Assembly: GCA_963842525.1 (NCBI GenBank)
Contig: CAWJGT010000003.1
Coordinates: forward strand, 320,001-384,000
Origin: an uncultured Holophagales bacterium
GTDB lineage: Bacteria; Acidobacteriota; Thermoanaerobaculia; Multivoradales; UBA5704
Length of the DNA stretch: 64,000 nt
Direction: 5' to 3'
The translations under genes were made by a program, and so were the position numbers. The notes below the pieces were generated by a model. The model saw only the letters and a list, made by a program, of their open reading frames with translations. It did no database searches and had not been told where the DNA came from. Below, one piece after another: positions 10,458 to 20,375 of this stretch. How positions within the stretch are numbered: position 1 is the stretch's first letter; each line of letters starts with the position of its first letter.

Positions 10458-11501
10458 CTAGAGCCCGGTCCTCAGGACCCAAGTAAGGCGCTCGAAAGCA
10501 CTTGCGAACTTCTTCTCGTTGCGCCACTCCGTGAAGTCGGCGACCAGTCGCTCTGCTCCGAGCCGCTGCGCCAGCTCCTCCTTACGGCCGGGAGTGCCGA
10601 TGAGGCAACCGTCAATGTCGAGGGGGATCAGTACTTCGGGCCAGCCGAGTTGCCGCTCTTTCTCGAGGGCCACTTTGATCTCCTGATCGACCCAGGAACT
10701 CGCCCAGGCCTTGTGGGAGCAGCAGAGGAGCATCCTATCGTGAAAGATGATCGCGCTGGCGGTCTCCTCGATCAGTACCGAGCCGCCGCCTACGCTCGCT
10801 TCATCTCGCCAGTAAGGAATCCCCCGAGATGAGAGCTCGGCGCAGAGTCGGCCTGTGAATTCTTTATCCTCGTGGCTATAGCTCACAAAGCAGGAGTACC
10901 AGTTGCTCTCTGGAGAAAGCTCCTCGATAAAACTTGTCAGCCGGGGAGGGAGGCCCGCGGATTGAAGAAACCATCGCGTGGCACGATGGCGTGGCGATTC
11001 CCTCCGGAAAGATCTCGCTGCTGACTCAAAAAGACGGGTGTCGATGATGGATGCTCCTGCGTGGAAGACAGTGCCCAGACCAAGTCCTCCCTCGATTAGC
11101 CCGTAATCGAAGGAGGTCCCCACGAACGTGGAGTACCCGACCCGGGTTCTATCGAATCTCGCTTTTAATAGGTTTGCGTGGCGTAGATTTGTCCACTCCA
11201 TATTGGCTTCGGTGAGAACTGCGCTGTAGAGATTGGCCTCCTCAAGGTTCGCTCTCTGCAGATCTGTTCGTGAAAGGATGGCGCCTCGGAGATTGACATT
11301 CCGAAGATTTGCCTGGCGGAGCAATGAGCCTGTCAGTCGTGAATCGTGCATGTTGGTATTTTCTAGGTTGATCCCATTCAAGTTGCGATCGACGGCGACT
11401 ATCCCGGTCAGATTAGGCCAGTCTGTTGGATTATCCTTTCTCCAGCTGTTCCAGGCTTCAACCCCTTTCTCGAAGATCTGGAGGTGCTCAGGATGGGCCA
11501 T
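10458..11501 (-). CDS. Pentapeptide-repeat + TIR domain protein
   Basis: GVEAWNSWR N-terminus, ANLxx repeats, CFVSYSHEDKEF and SSWVDQE TIR motifs. Confidence 0.88.
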   Translation of the reverse strand: MAHPEHLQIFEKGVEAWNSWRKDNPTDWPNLTGIVAVDRNLNGINLENTNMHDSRLTGSLLRQANLRNVNLRGAILSRTDLQRANLEEANLYSAVLTEANMEWTNLRHANLLKARFDRTRVGYSTFVGTSFDYGLIEGGLGLGTVFHAGASIIDTRLFESAARSFRRESPRHRATRWFLQSAGLPPRLTSFIEELSPESNWYSCFVSYSHEDKEFTGRLCAELSSRGIPYWRDEASVGGGSVLIEETASAIIFHDRMLLCCSHKAWASSWVDQEIKVALEKERQLGWPEVLIPLDIDGCLIGTPGRKEELAQRLGAERLVADFTEWRNEKKFASAFERLTWVLRTGL

Positions 11502-11744
11502 AGGGGTACGCTCTCACCGGGAAATTTTAGCCTCGGTACACGCCCAGTCTATAGGTGCGCAGAAAGCCTGTCAATCACCGCATGGAGCTCACTTGCAGCT
11601 CGCAGAAAGCAAGGAAGCAGCGGACGCCGCCACACTCTTCTTTGTCGCCGTGCACAGGTTATTGATTCACGGTCTTTTCGCTTGCCAATCTCGAACTCTA
11701 GGTGCTACATTGTAGGAAAAGAAGCGATGACCTTGAGGAGCGGC

Positions 11745-12830
11745 ATGCTTAACCAGGTTCAGCTCTTGAAGCTTAGTCTCATGGCAGAAGGGGTGGCCGT
11801 AACTCCGCGAGTGAGAGAGGCTCTCAGGGGGCGTCCTCTGACTCTTGCCGACTACGCAACGACTTCCGGCATTTCGCTGGTCCTCGGAGAAGAGGTCTGG
11901 GTCAATGCACCTCTTCGGGATCACAATTCCAACTTTGTATCGGAAGCGCCGACGCATGTTCTCGATCGGACGGAGTTTGGATACTCTATTTTCTCTCCAC
12001 GCGGTCGTTTCCCGGCTCGACTTGTTCCAGTTCCTGACTACTATAACGAGAAGAACTCTTCCGAAGAACCTTATACTGCCTACGCCCATACGCATGCGGA
12101 TCGAGTTAGGATCTCTCCTATTGAAGGCTGTGGAATGATCTGCACCTTCTGCGATCTTCCCTACGAGTATGCCTACAGGCGCAAGCGGATCGACGGCCTG
12201 ATCGATGCAATTGCAAGGGCGGTTGAGGATCGAGCTCTGCCTGCTCGGCACGCACTGATCTCCGGTGGAACACCAAAGGAGGAGGACTTCGGCTTCCTTA
12301 GAACTGTCTATCGCGAGATCCCCGCTAGATTCCCAGATCTCCCTATTGACATTATGATGGTCCCTGTTCCAGGGCTCCTTGACCTGGACGAGCTCCGCGA
12401 TGCGGGGATCTACGGCCTATCCATTAATCTCGAGGTGTTCAACTGGGAGATCGCCCGTAGGACGATGCGCCAGAAGTACGACCTCGGCCAGCAGCACTAT
12501 CTCGATTTTATCGAGAGGGCCGTCTCTTGCTTCGGCCCGGGCCGGGTCCGGTCGCTCCTATTGGTTGGGTTGGAGCCCATTGAGGACACGCTGCGAGGTG
12601 TCGAAGTACTGGCGGAAAGAGGATGCGACCCAGTGTTGAGCCCATTCCGGCCGGATCCGGCCACACCCATGCGGAAAACGCCTCCACCGGCCGCGGGCTG
12701 ACTAGCCGAGGTATACATGCGTGCGCTGGATGTGGTCGAGCGGCATGGCGTGAAGTTGGGGCCGCGTTGCATTGCCTGCCAGCATAACACTCTCACCTTC
12801 CCAGACGCCTCGGGAGCTTACCATTACTGA
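11745..12830 (+). CDS. Radical SAM enzyme 1 (in-frame TGA at 12699-12701)
   Basis: CGMICTFC motif, ISGGTP, LSPFRP; same frame continues past the TGA to CIACQHNTL, matching paralog 2; GAGGAG RBS. Confidence 0.85.
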
Positions 12831-12840
12831 GTCTGAGGCA

Positions 12841-13056
12841 ATGAGTGGAAGCTCCCCACGTCGGTGCACCAGGCATGCTTTCGGTCGAAACGGGTTTCCG
12901 GAGAGTCTCGAAAAGGCCGAGGCACTGCGGAATCCGACGCTCGAGAGCCAAGACTGCCTCTGTGAGCTGCTGAGGTTCCTCCCGCGAGGAGAGGAGTTCG
13001 AGGGTAGCGATCTGATCACGATCATCGGTAAATCGGCATGGGAGGGTTTCGCTTGA
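12841..13056 (+). CDS. Small hypothetical protein (71 aa) inside the rSAM operon
   Basis: GAGG before ATG; stop overlaps the next start (TTGA). Confidence 0.5.
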   Translation: MSGSSPRRCTRHAFGRNGFPESLEKAEALRNPTLESQDCLCELLRFLPRGEEFEGSDLITIIGKSAWEGFA

Positions 13057-14420
13057 CCGATCGACGGCGCATCCTCGCATTTATTTCCAACAAACTCGGC
13101 TGTCGTGATCTCATCTGGGCCGGATTGCGAACCGACGACATTGAAGCTATTTCTGATCTTAAGCAAGTTGCTGCCTCTTTCTCGATAGTGGGAGGTAACA
13201 ACCGTGGAGTGTCTGTGCCTAGCCTGGAGTTCGAGGACCTAGTTGGTGTCAGAGTGGACTTGGACAGTTGGGATATAGAGGACCACCTGGATACGCCGCA
13301 AGCACACGAATTTCGAGAGGCAATCCTCGCTCGCCTCAGAAGACCAACTGCGCTGCTTCCCTATCGCCCATCGAGATTCCTCTCCTCTATTCTTTTAGCG
13401 CGGAGGGATCAATGCATAAATCTCGGACTCTTCTTTGCTCATCAAGCTCTGTTCGAACACAAGCCGTGGGTGGAGACGGAAGTAACCTTTCTCGGTTTGC
13501 CGCACGTTCCTTGGGTATATGTGGCTGATGAAGAGCAATCAAAGGTCCTGCGAATGCTGACCAAAGGACCCATTATGCTGCGCGTAAGTCGATCGTCTGG
13601 CGGCGCAGGTCTCGTGCGCGTTGATGATCCTGGCTTGCTAGCTGAGCGTTGGCCACGCCGCCAGGAGGCGTTCGTGAGCGCCGCACCCTTCTTAGAAGGA
13701 GTCATTCCGATCAATATTGGGGCGACAGTGTGGCACGACGGTGTAACGATGCACCACCCATCGGTCCAACTGATTGGTATACCAGGGTGCACAACACGAC
13801 CGTTCGGCTACTGCGGGAACGACTTCAGCCTAGCCTCGGATCTTACAGATTCTACGCTGGAAATGGTCGAGGCGAGCGTGGTCATCATAGGCCGCTGGCT
13901 TCGTGGGTATGGCTACCTGGGTACCTTCGGTGTTGATTTCCTCGTGCATCGAGGCACGCCTCTCTTCGCCGAGATCAACGCGCGGTTTCAGGGTTCGACG
14001 CACGCGTCGAGCCAGCTCTCGAACGAGGCGGGAGAGAGTTGTGTCATGCTCGACCATCTTGCGGCCATTTTCGGCCATGACGCCCCGCCGCCACGGAATC
14101 TCCGCGAAATTGTCCGTGAAACCCCCTCCCTGGCACATTTAGTGGTGCACTGGACGGGAAAACGAGCCCCCATAGACAGTGCTCCGCTAATAGCCGCACT
14201 GGGCGCCCAAGCATCCCAGTGCCGAATCGATCTCGCTGCTAAACCAGCCCTGATCACAGAAACTGACGGCGTCGTCGCGCGAGTAACGGTACGTGATAGA
14301 ATGACGACAACTGGTTTCGATCTTAGGGAACCGTGGGCCTCGCTAGTGGGGCAGTGGGTACGCGAGTCGCTGCGCGGGGCGGGTTTTGGGCCTCAGGAGA
14401 CGACGCATGCGCCTGAGTGA
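13053..14420 (+). CDS. ATP-grasp ligase-like protein
   Basis: SSGGAG loop, GYCGNDF, GTFGVDFL..FAEINARFQGS; GGAGGG RBS before TTG. Confidence 0.8.
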   Translation: MTDRRRILAFISNKLGCRDLIWAGLRTDDIEAISDLKQVAASFSIVGGNNRGVSVPSLEFEDLVGVRVDLDSWDIEDHLDTPQAHEFREAILARLRRPTALLPYRPSRFLSSILLARRDQCINLGLFFAHQALFEHKPWVETEVTFLGLPHVPWVYVADEEQSKVLRMLTKGPIMLRVSRSSGGAGLVRVDDPGLLAERWPRRQEAFVSAAPFLEGVIPINIGATVWHDGVTMHHPSVQLIGIPGCTTRPFGYCGNDFSLASDLTDSTLEMVEASVVIIGRWLRGYGYLGTFGVDFLVHRGTPLFAEINARFQGSTHASSQLSNEAGESCVMLDHLAAIFGHDAPPPRNLREIVRETPSLAHLVVHWTGKRAPIDSAPLIAALGAQASQCRIDLAAKPALITETDGVVARVTVRDRMTTTGFDLREPWASLVGQWVRESLRGAGFGPQETTHAPE

Positions 14421-15530
14421 CTCTCAGCGATTGAAGTTCCGCCTTCTGGCGGAAGGTCTGGCCGTCTCCTCGAGGCTCGAGATCGACTGAGTGAACTCCG
14501 CGGTCAGCGGAAGCTCACGGTGGCAGACTATGCATCGACGAGCGGGATCATTCTTCGTCTTGAGGACGACGTGTGGGTGAATGTACCTACCGCGGAGCAC
14601 AACAAAAATTTTGTTTTGGAGCCTCCGAACATATTGGATAGATTGCCAGATGGATTCTTTATCCGTGGCAGTGGATTGGAGAGTCCCGCGTCCGTTTGGT
14701 TGCCACCGCTCTACCACGATCAAAATCTCTCGGCCGCCCGTCCAGCTAATCAGTTTGTATTCACCCATGGAGATCGGGTCCGCCTCTCCCCTCTCCGTGG
14801 CTGCGCGATGCGTTGTACATTTTGCAACATACCGTATCAAGACCGATATGGGACAAAATCTATTGAACCTATGATTGAGGCGCTCCAAGTGGCCTTAGCT
14901 GACCCACTTCAACCAGCGCATCACATCTTGATATCTGGTGGTACCCCGCTTTCCCGAGACATCCCGTTGCTTCGGGAAGTATACGAGCGCGTGCTGCTAG
15001 CCTTCCCCCACCATCAGGTTGATATCATGATGGTGCCAGTCGACGGCCTATTCGATCTCCTGCGACTGAAGACGCTTGGCCTTCATGAACTTGCAATCAA
15101 TATCGAGCTCTTCAATACAACGGTGGCAGCGGACCTGATGCCGCAGAAAGCCAAGCAAGGGCTGATGCATTATCTCAACTTCATCGCCGAAGCCACGGAT
15201 ATTCTCGGACCCCAGCGAGTGAGGTCGATGATGATGGTTGGATTGGAGCCTATGGAGGATACGCTAGCTGGGATTCAATCGATTATTCAGGCCGGAGGAG
15301 TTCCCGTGCTCAGTCCATTCCGTCCGGATCCGGCGACTCCACTACGCGATATTGCTCCACTGTCGGGTGAAGAGTACGAGGAGATCTTCTTGAGGGCTAC
15401 TGAGCTTGCCGCGAACGCTGGTGTACAACTCGGCCCCTCCTGCCCGCCCTGCACCCACAACACGCTTACGCTGGCGAGCACAGACCGTGGGGGGGCCAAG
15501 TACCCTCATCCCGTACCCGCTCTGGTGTGA
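14407..15530 (+). CDS. Radical SAM enzyme 2, paralog of enzyme 1 (frameshift near 14470)
   Basis: CAMRCTFC, ISGGTP, LSPFRPDPATP, C-terminal CPPCTHNTL; AGGAG RBS before ATG 14407. Confidence 0.85.
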
Positions 15531-15531
15531 T

Positions 15532-16425
15532 ATGCGATCCATACTGACAGTGGATGACTTCTCCGAGGATGATATCGATTCCATTTTGGCGAGTGCACGC
15601 GAGTTCCATGTGCTCCGCCACATCGAGCGCTCGAGCCTATCAAAACGCCGCCGGTTGCTTGGCCTGATCTTCTTAGAGCCATCTCTCAGAACTCGTGTGG
15701 GATTCGCTGCGGCCGCAATGCGACTAGGGTGGGGGGTTGTAGAGATATTCGAGCGCCGGCAAAGTCCGGTCTCGATGGCAGAGAACTGGCTAGATACCCT
15801 CCGTGCGGTATCCGGATACTCTGATGTAGTCGTCGCGCGCCCCCGTCGGCGTCTTGGTCATGACGAACTGGCCGATGCAACGGCTTGCCCCCTAATCAAT
15901 GGAGGGGACATTGGTCCGTGTGCGCAGCATCCCTCGCAAGCGCTTATCAACCTGTTTGCAATGCAGCAACTTGCGGGTCCGATGGCTGGACTGCGTCTCG
16001 CAATCGTCGGGGATCCTCGGATGCGAGCCGTTCGAAGCCTTCTCGCCCTTTTGGCACGAATGCCACCGGCAGAAATTAAATTGGTGGCAGACGCTGAGCA
16101 TCTACGCGAGACGTGCATTCCCTCGATGCTCCAATCGATAGTTGTTGTGAGTTCATGGGACGAGTTGAGTGACATGGATGTGGTCTACATTGCAGGCATT
16201 CCACATGGAGTGCTTCCGTCCGATAGGCGCGAGCTTTTGCTGGCCACGGCGGCCCGAGTGGAGGCGCTCCCTGCACACTGTGTGTTGCTTTCGCCGATGC
16301 CAGTCATCGACGAGATAGATCCTTACGCAAGGCGGGACGCCCGCAATCGAATGTTCGAGCAGAGCGACTTGGGGCTGTACGTGCGCATGGCAATACTTGA
16401 GCACGTCGTGCGGGGCGATTCGTGA
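15532..16425 (+). CDS. Divergent ATCase/OTCase-family carbamoyltransferase
   Basis: FLEPSLRTR, LINGG..HPSQAL; canonical HPLP replaced by SPMP. Confidence 0.8.
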   Translation: MRSILTVDDFSEDDIDSILASAREFHVLRHIERSSLSKRRRLLGLIFLEPSLRTRVGFAAAAMRLGWGVVEIFERRQSPVSMAENWLDTLRAVSGYSDVVVARPRRRLGHDELADATACPLINGGDIGPCAQHPSQALINLFAMQQLAGPMAGLRLAIVGDPRMRAVRSLLALLARMPPAEIKLVADAEHLRETCIPSMLQSIVVVSSWDELSDMDVVYIAGIPHGVLPSDRRELLLATAARVEALPAHCVLLSPMPVIDEIDPYARRDARNRMFEQSDLGLYVRMAILEHVVRGDS

Positions 16426-16522
16426 GAAAACCGAGTCATGCATTGATGTCTTGGTCGGATGGGGCGTGGGGTATAGCCGGGTATTGCCTGAGGTAGGCAT
16501 TGCCGGGATAATTGGAGAGGTC

Positions 16523-17179
16523 ATGAACCTGATTGTGGACACCATTTTATGCCGACGCAGCGTTCGTGAGGGGTACGGCGGCGCACCAATTCCCATGGAG
16601 ATACTTGAGGACGTTGTTCGATGTGGCCTCGCGGCACCTTCGTCGAAGAACGCACGCCCTTGGCGGTTTCATGTCGTTACGGATCACCTAATCCGTGAGG
16701 AACTCGCCGTTATGGTGGAGAGCGCCGAAGGCATCAATAGTTACGTTCCCTCCGATCCAGCCACTGGAAAGCCGAGGTCGGAGTATTCATCGACTGTCCT
16801 CCTGTCTGCCTCTGTCCTCAGGAAGGCGGCAGTCGCCATCTTAATCGAGAATTCAGGGGCATTTAGCCGTGGTAGGCAGGCGCTCCTCAAGGCAACCCCC
16901 GAAGCTCTTGCGCGTTCGATCGTTGGATATACTCTCGAAATCATTGGAGTGGGGGCCGCGGTAGAAAACATGTGGATTGCAGCAGTCGGGCATGGCCTCG
17001 CTGGGGTATTCATGGGGGATATCCTCATTGCGGAGCAAGCTATCAAGCAGCGCTTGTCGATTGAATGTGATTTGGTCGGTGTGCTGGCCCTCGGATATGC
17101 TGAGACCCGAGAAGCACAGACAATGCGGGATCGTGTCGCGCTCGACGCCGAACAAGTCCGCTGGCTCGTACCGGGTTGA
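16523..17179 (+). CDS. Nitroreductase-family flavoprotein
   Basis: RRSVR, APSSKNARPWRFHVV, AAVENMWIAAVGHGL. Confidence 0.88.
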   Translation: MNLIVDTILCRRSVREGYGGAPIPMEILEDVVRCGLAAPSSKNARPWRFHVVTDHLIREELAVMVESAEGINSYVPSDPATGKPRSEYSSTVLLSASVLRKAAVAILIENSGAFSRGRQALLKATPEALARSIVGYTLEIIGVGAAVENMWIAAVGHGLAGVFMGDILIAEQAIKQRLSIECDLVGVLALGYAETREAQTMRDRVALDAEQVRWLVPG

Positions 17180-17509
17180 GGCGGCGAGTAGGCAGCAGGG
17201 TAGAGGCTCGAAGGACAGGGTCTCCGCTACAGGTGCCACCCATTAGAAGGCTCTTGTCAACGCCCCACACTTCTCCCTCCCGGGAGTGTTCGTTTCCGCA
17301 GGCGATAGGTGCCAGAGGTTTCAAGAAGCTCACGTCATAGCAGGCGTTGGCGTGCTGCGTCAAGACGCTTCTGAGGAATCGGGAGCCGGGCTCGCCTTCC
17401 TCGCTTCCTTTTACCGGCGATACGCGATAGGATCTTCCGTAGAAACGACTCCGAACGGGAGCACGCCATAAGTGCGCCTGCGTACGGGCGAAGCTGAGGA
17501 GGTCCAGTC

Positions 17510-17923
17510 GTGCCATCGGGCGATCGAAGCAGGACGTGGTTTCCGGAGATGATTGACGAGCTGAGGCAGGGCTGGCGTGGCGATCTCGGCATGGAGGAGC
17601 TGATCGCTCTGGCGCAGAGCCTCGATCGCATGTTGCTGGACATCCGGACCAGGCGGGGAATCCGGCCGCCTATCATTCTCTGCCGGAAGTGTGGCAAGCG
17701 TGCCCCGGGAGCTGCGCCGCGTGTCTCGGTGCGAGCTACGATTTTGGCAGCGGTGCGATTTGGAATCGGAGCGCAGGACGATGCCGGGCAGCTTGAGCGA
17801 CTCTGGCAGCGTTATCGTGTCAAGCGGGGGCTTGATCTCTACGGAAGGCCCGCAGTTGCGGGCGATCGAGGAAGGACCGCAGAACCAGATGGCTGTAGCG
17901 GTCACGCTTCGAGTGACCGATGA
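17510..17923 (+). CDS. Hypothetical protein with CxxC (CRKCG)
   Basis: GAGGAGG RBS; coherent protein-like sequence. Confidence 0.6.
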   Translation: MPSGDRSRTWFPEMIDELRQGWRGDLGMEELIALAQSLDRMLLDIRTRRGIRPPIILCRKCGKRAPGAAPRVSVRATILAAVRFGIGAQDDAGQLERLWQRYRVKRGLDLYGRPAVAGDRGRTAEPDGCSGHASSDR

Positions 17924-18267
17924 GCCGCCGAGGACCTCTGACCCTCCCGCGGCGACTGCATCTGGCCTGCGTGTTTCGATGCCTGATGCTCTCGTCAGCC
18001 GACCGAATCTTAGGAGCGTCCTGCCGATCTGCTGCCGCCCCTCTGGGGCTTGGAAACATTTCGTTTCCAGACCCGGGGCCGCCGCTCCTTCGTCGCTCTG
18101 GCCCCGGGCTACGTGCCATGAGCCCCTCCGGGGCCAATCCAGATGACCCAGGAGGATCGCTCCGGGCAGGTGCCGCGGGCACGGTGGCGCCTCCTTCTCC
18201 AGAAACTCTATTGACGCGACTGAGGAGTTGACGTATAAACAGGTAAACGAAGAGAAAGGGGGCCCTC

Positions 18268-18507
18268 ATGCGTATTTCGCTCAGGCAAGTCTTCCTCATC
18301 CTGTTCGTCGTCTCTGTCTCTGGCGTGGCCGGCCTGGACCGTGAGCTGTTTGGCGAAAAAGGCTCAGTGAAGGTGAGTAGCGCGGGCATTTTCGCCTCGG
18401 AGAATTGTCTGGCGGGTTGCGAGTGCGACGGCATGTGCTGCGTTCCAGATGGCGAAGAATGCGTCGAATGTGGCGACTGTGGTGTCTGCTGCGGAGTTAC
18501 GAAGTAA
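18268..18507 (+). CDS. Small secreted Cys-rich peptide (10 Cys)
   Basis: Signal-like N-terminus; CLAGCECDGMCCVPDGEECVECGDCGVCC; upstream TTGACG-like promoter element. Confidence 0.65.
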   Translation: MRISLRQVFLILFVVSVSGVAGLDRELFGEKGSVKVSSAGIFASENCLAGCECDGMCCVPDGEECVECGDCGVCCGVTK

Positions 18508-18540
18508 GGTTCGCCGAAAGGAAAAGACCAAGCACATCAG

Positions 18541-18573
18541 GGGGCCGAGCCGGACGTGTCCGGCTCGGTCCCT
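18541..18573. terminator. Strong hairpin between convergent Cys-rich peptide genes (probable bidirectional terminator)
   Basis: gggccgagccggac-gt-gtccggctcggtccc. Confidence 0.6.
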
Positions 18574-18593
18574 CTGCCGTGGCGAATGACCGC

Positions 18594-18785
18594 TCAGCAG
18601 TAGTTGTTGCAGTAGGTTTTACAGGTCGACGAGCTGCCGTTGGGCAACCTGCACGTGTACGTGGAGTAGTAGGCGGGCCCGCAGCACCAGCAGCCGCAGG
18701 TCAGCGGCGCGGCTTGGGCCGGCTTGGTCGCCAGAGCGGCGGCGGTAAGGACGATGGCGGATACGAACAGCAGAGCTTTGCGCAT
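18594..18785 (-). CDS. Small secreted Cys-rich peptide (8 Cys)
   Basis: AAGGAG RBS; signal peptide ending AQA; mature LTCGCWCC...CKTYCNNYC. Confidence 0.75.
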   Translation of the reverse strand: MRKALLFVSAIVLTAAALATKPAQAAPLTCGCWCCGPAYYSTYTCRLPNGSSSTCKTYCNNYC

Positions 18786-18973
18786 GGTGTCTCCTTCCGG
18801 TTCAGCGGACGCCGGTGCGACGCCCTCACCTTCAAGGTGAGCAAGATGGCTTTTCGCGCGCCGCCGCCACCCGCCGCGCGAACCCTGCCATCGCCCGGAG
18901 CGCGGCCGGTTCCCTCCTGGGATATCTTAGCCCGCAGCGCTCCGGGCCCTCCGGAGCCGAGACGAGCCCCGCC

Positions 18974-20290
18974 ATGCAAGCCACCACCAACATCAGCCCC
19001 GACGAGCTGCGGGAGGTCTGGCCGCTCCTCAACCCCGCCGAGCGGCAGGAGAGCTTCGGGTTCCTGCCGCGGGGGGAGGCCGAGGAGTTCTTCCTGGAGC
19101 TGCGGGCGGCGGATCAGCTCCGGATCGTGGTCGAGGCGCCGGTGCCGCTCCGGCGGACCTGGATGCGGCTCCTCGCTCCGGACGACGCGGCGGACCTCCT
19201 TCAGCAGGCCCAGCCGGAGGTGCGCAACGAGCTGCTCGACCTTCTCGATCCGGCGACCCGCCGCGAGGTCAACGCCTTGCTCGCCTATGAGGAGGACGAC
19301 GCCGGCGGCCTCATGAGCCCCCGCTATGCGCGGGTGCGGCCCGACATGACGGTCGACGAGGCGATCGGCTATCTCCGCATCCAGGCGCAGAACGTCGAGA
19401 CGCTCCACTATGCCTATGTGCTGGACGCCGGCCAGCACCTCCTCGGGGTGATCTCGCTGCGCGAGCTGTTTGCCGCTCCCGGCGGCAAGAAGGTCTCGGA
19501 GGTCATGGACGACCGACCTCGTCACGACGTCCGAGGAGACGGACCAGGAGACCGTGAGCCGGCTCCTCACCCGCTATGACCTCGTGGCCCTCCCCGTGCT
19601 CGATGCCGAAGGGCGGATGAAGGGCATCGTCACGTTCGACGACATCGTCGACGTGGTCGAGGAGGAGGCGACGGAGGACATCCAGAAGATGGGCGGCTCC
19701 GAGGCCCTCGACGCACCCTACATGCAGGTCGGCCTCGGCCAGATGATCCGCAAGCGGGCTGGGTGGCTCGCGGTGCTCTTCCTCGGCGAGCTGCTGACCG
19801 CGACAGCCATGGGGTACTACGAGCACGAGATCGCCCGCGCCGTGGTGCTGGCGGTCTTCATCCCCCTGATCATCAGCAGCGGCGGCAATTCGGGGTCGCA
19901 GGCGACGACGCTGATCATCCGCGCCCTGGCCCTCTCCGAGGTGCGCGTGCGCGACTGGTTCCGCGTGATCGCGCCGCGAGCTGGTCGCGGGCCTCGCGCT
20001 CGGCGTCGATCCTGGGCGCGCTCGGCTTCGCCCGGGTGATGGTCTGGCAGGCCGCCTTCAAGACCTATGGCGAGCACGCCGTGCTGATCGGCCTGACGGT
20101 CGCGATCAGCCTGGTCGGGGTGGTCCTGTTGGGGACGCTGACGGGCTCCAGCCTGCCGTTCCTCTTCCGGCGGCTCGGATTCGACCCGGCGAGCGCATCG
20201 GCGCCCTTCGTGGCGACGCTGGTGGACGTCACGGGCCTGATCATCTATTTCACCGTCGCGAGCCTGTTATTGAGCGGCAGTCTGCTGTGA
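18974..20290 (+). CDS. mgtE: Magnesium transporter MgtE (frameshifted at about 19510 and 19970-20010)
   Basis: AGGLM CBS pair, [34 protein letters not shown]. Confidence 0.9.
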
Positions 20291-20375
20291 AGCCTCACCC
20301 CCTGGCCCCCTCTCCCATCGCCCTCCCCCTGCCGGGAGAGGGGGGACGTGGCTCGGCAGATTTGCCAGATTTCAA

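Noticed and set aside
12699-12701. Selenocysteine codon
   Set aside because: Aligns to a non-Cys position in the paralog and no convincing SECIS hairpin is visible; kept only as an unexplained stop
18268-18785. Cys-rich peptides as sacti/ranthipeptide substrates of the rSAM pair
   Set aside because: The rSAMs show no SPASM or RRE features; the peptides have Sec-type signals and lie outside the operon
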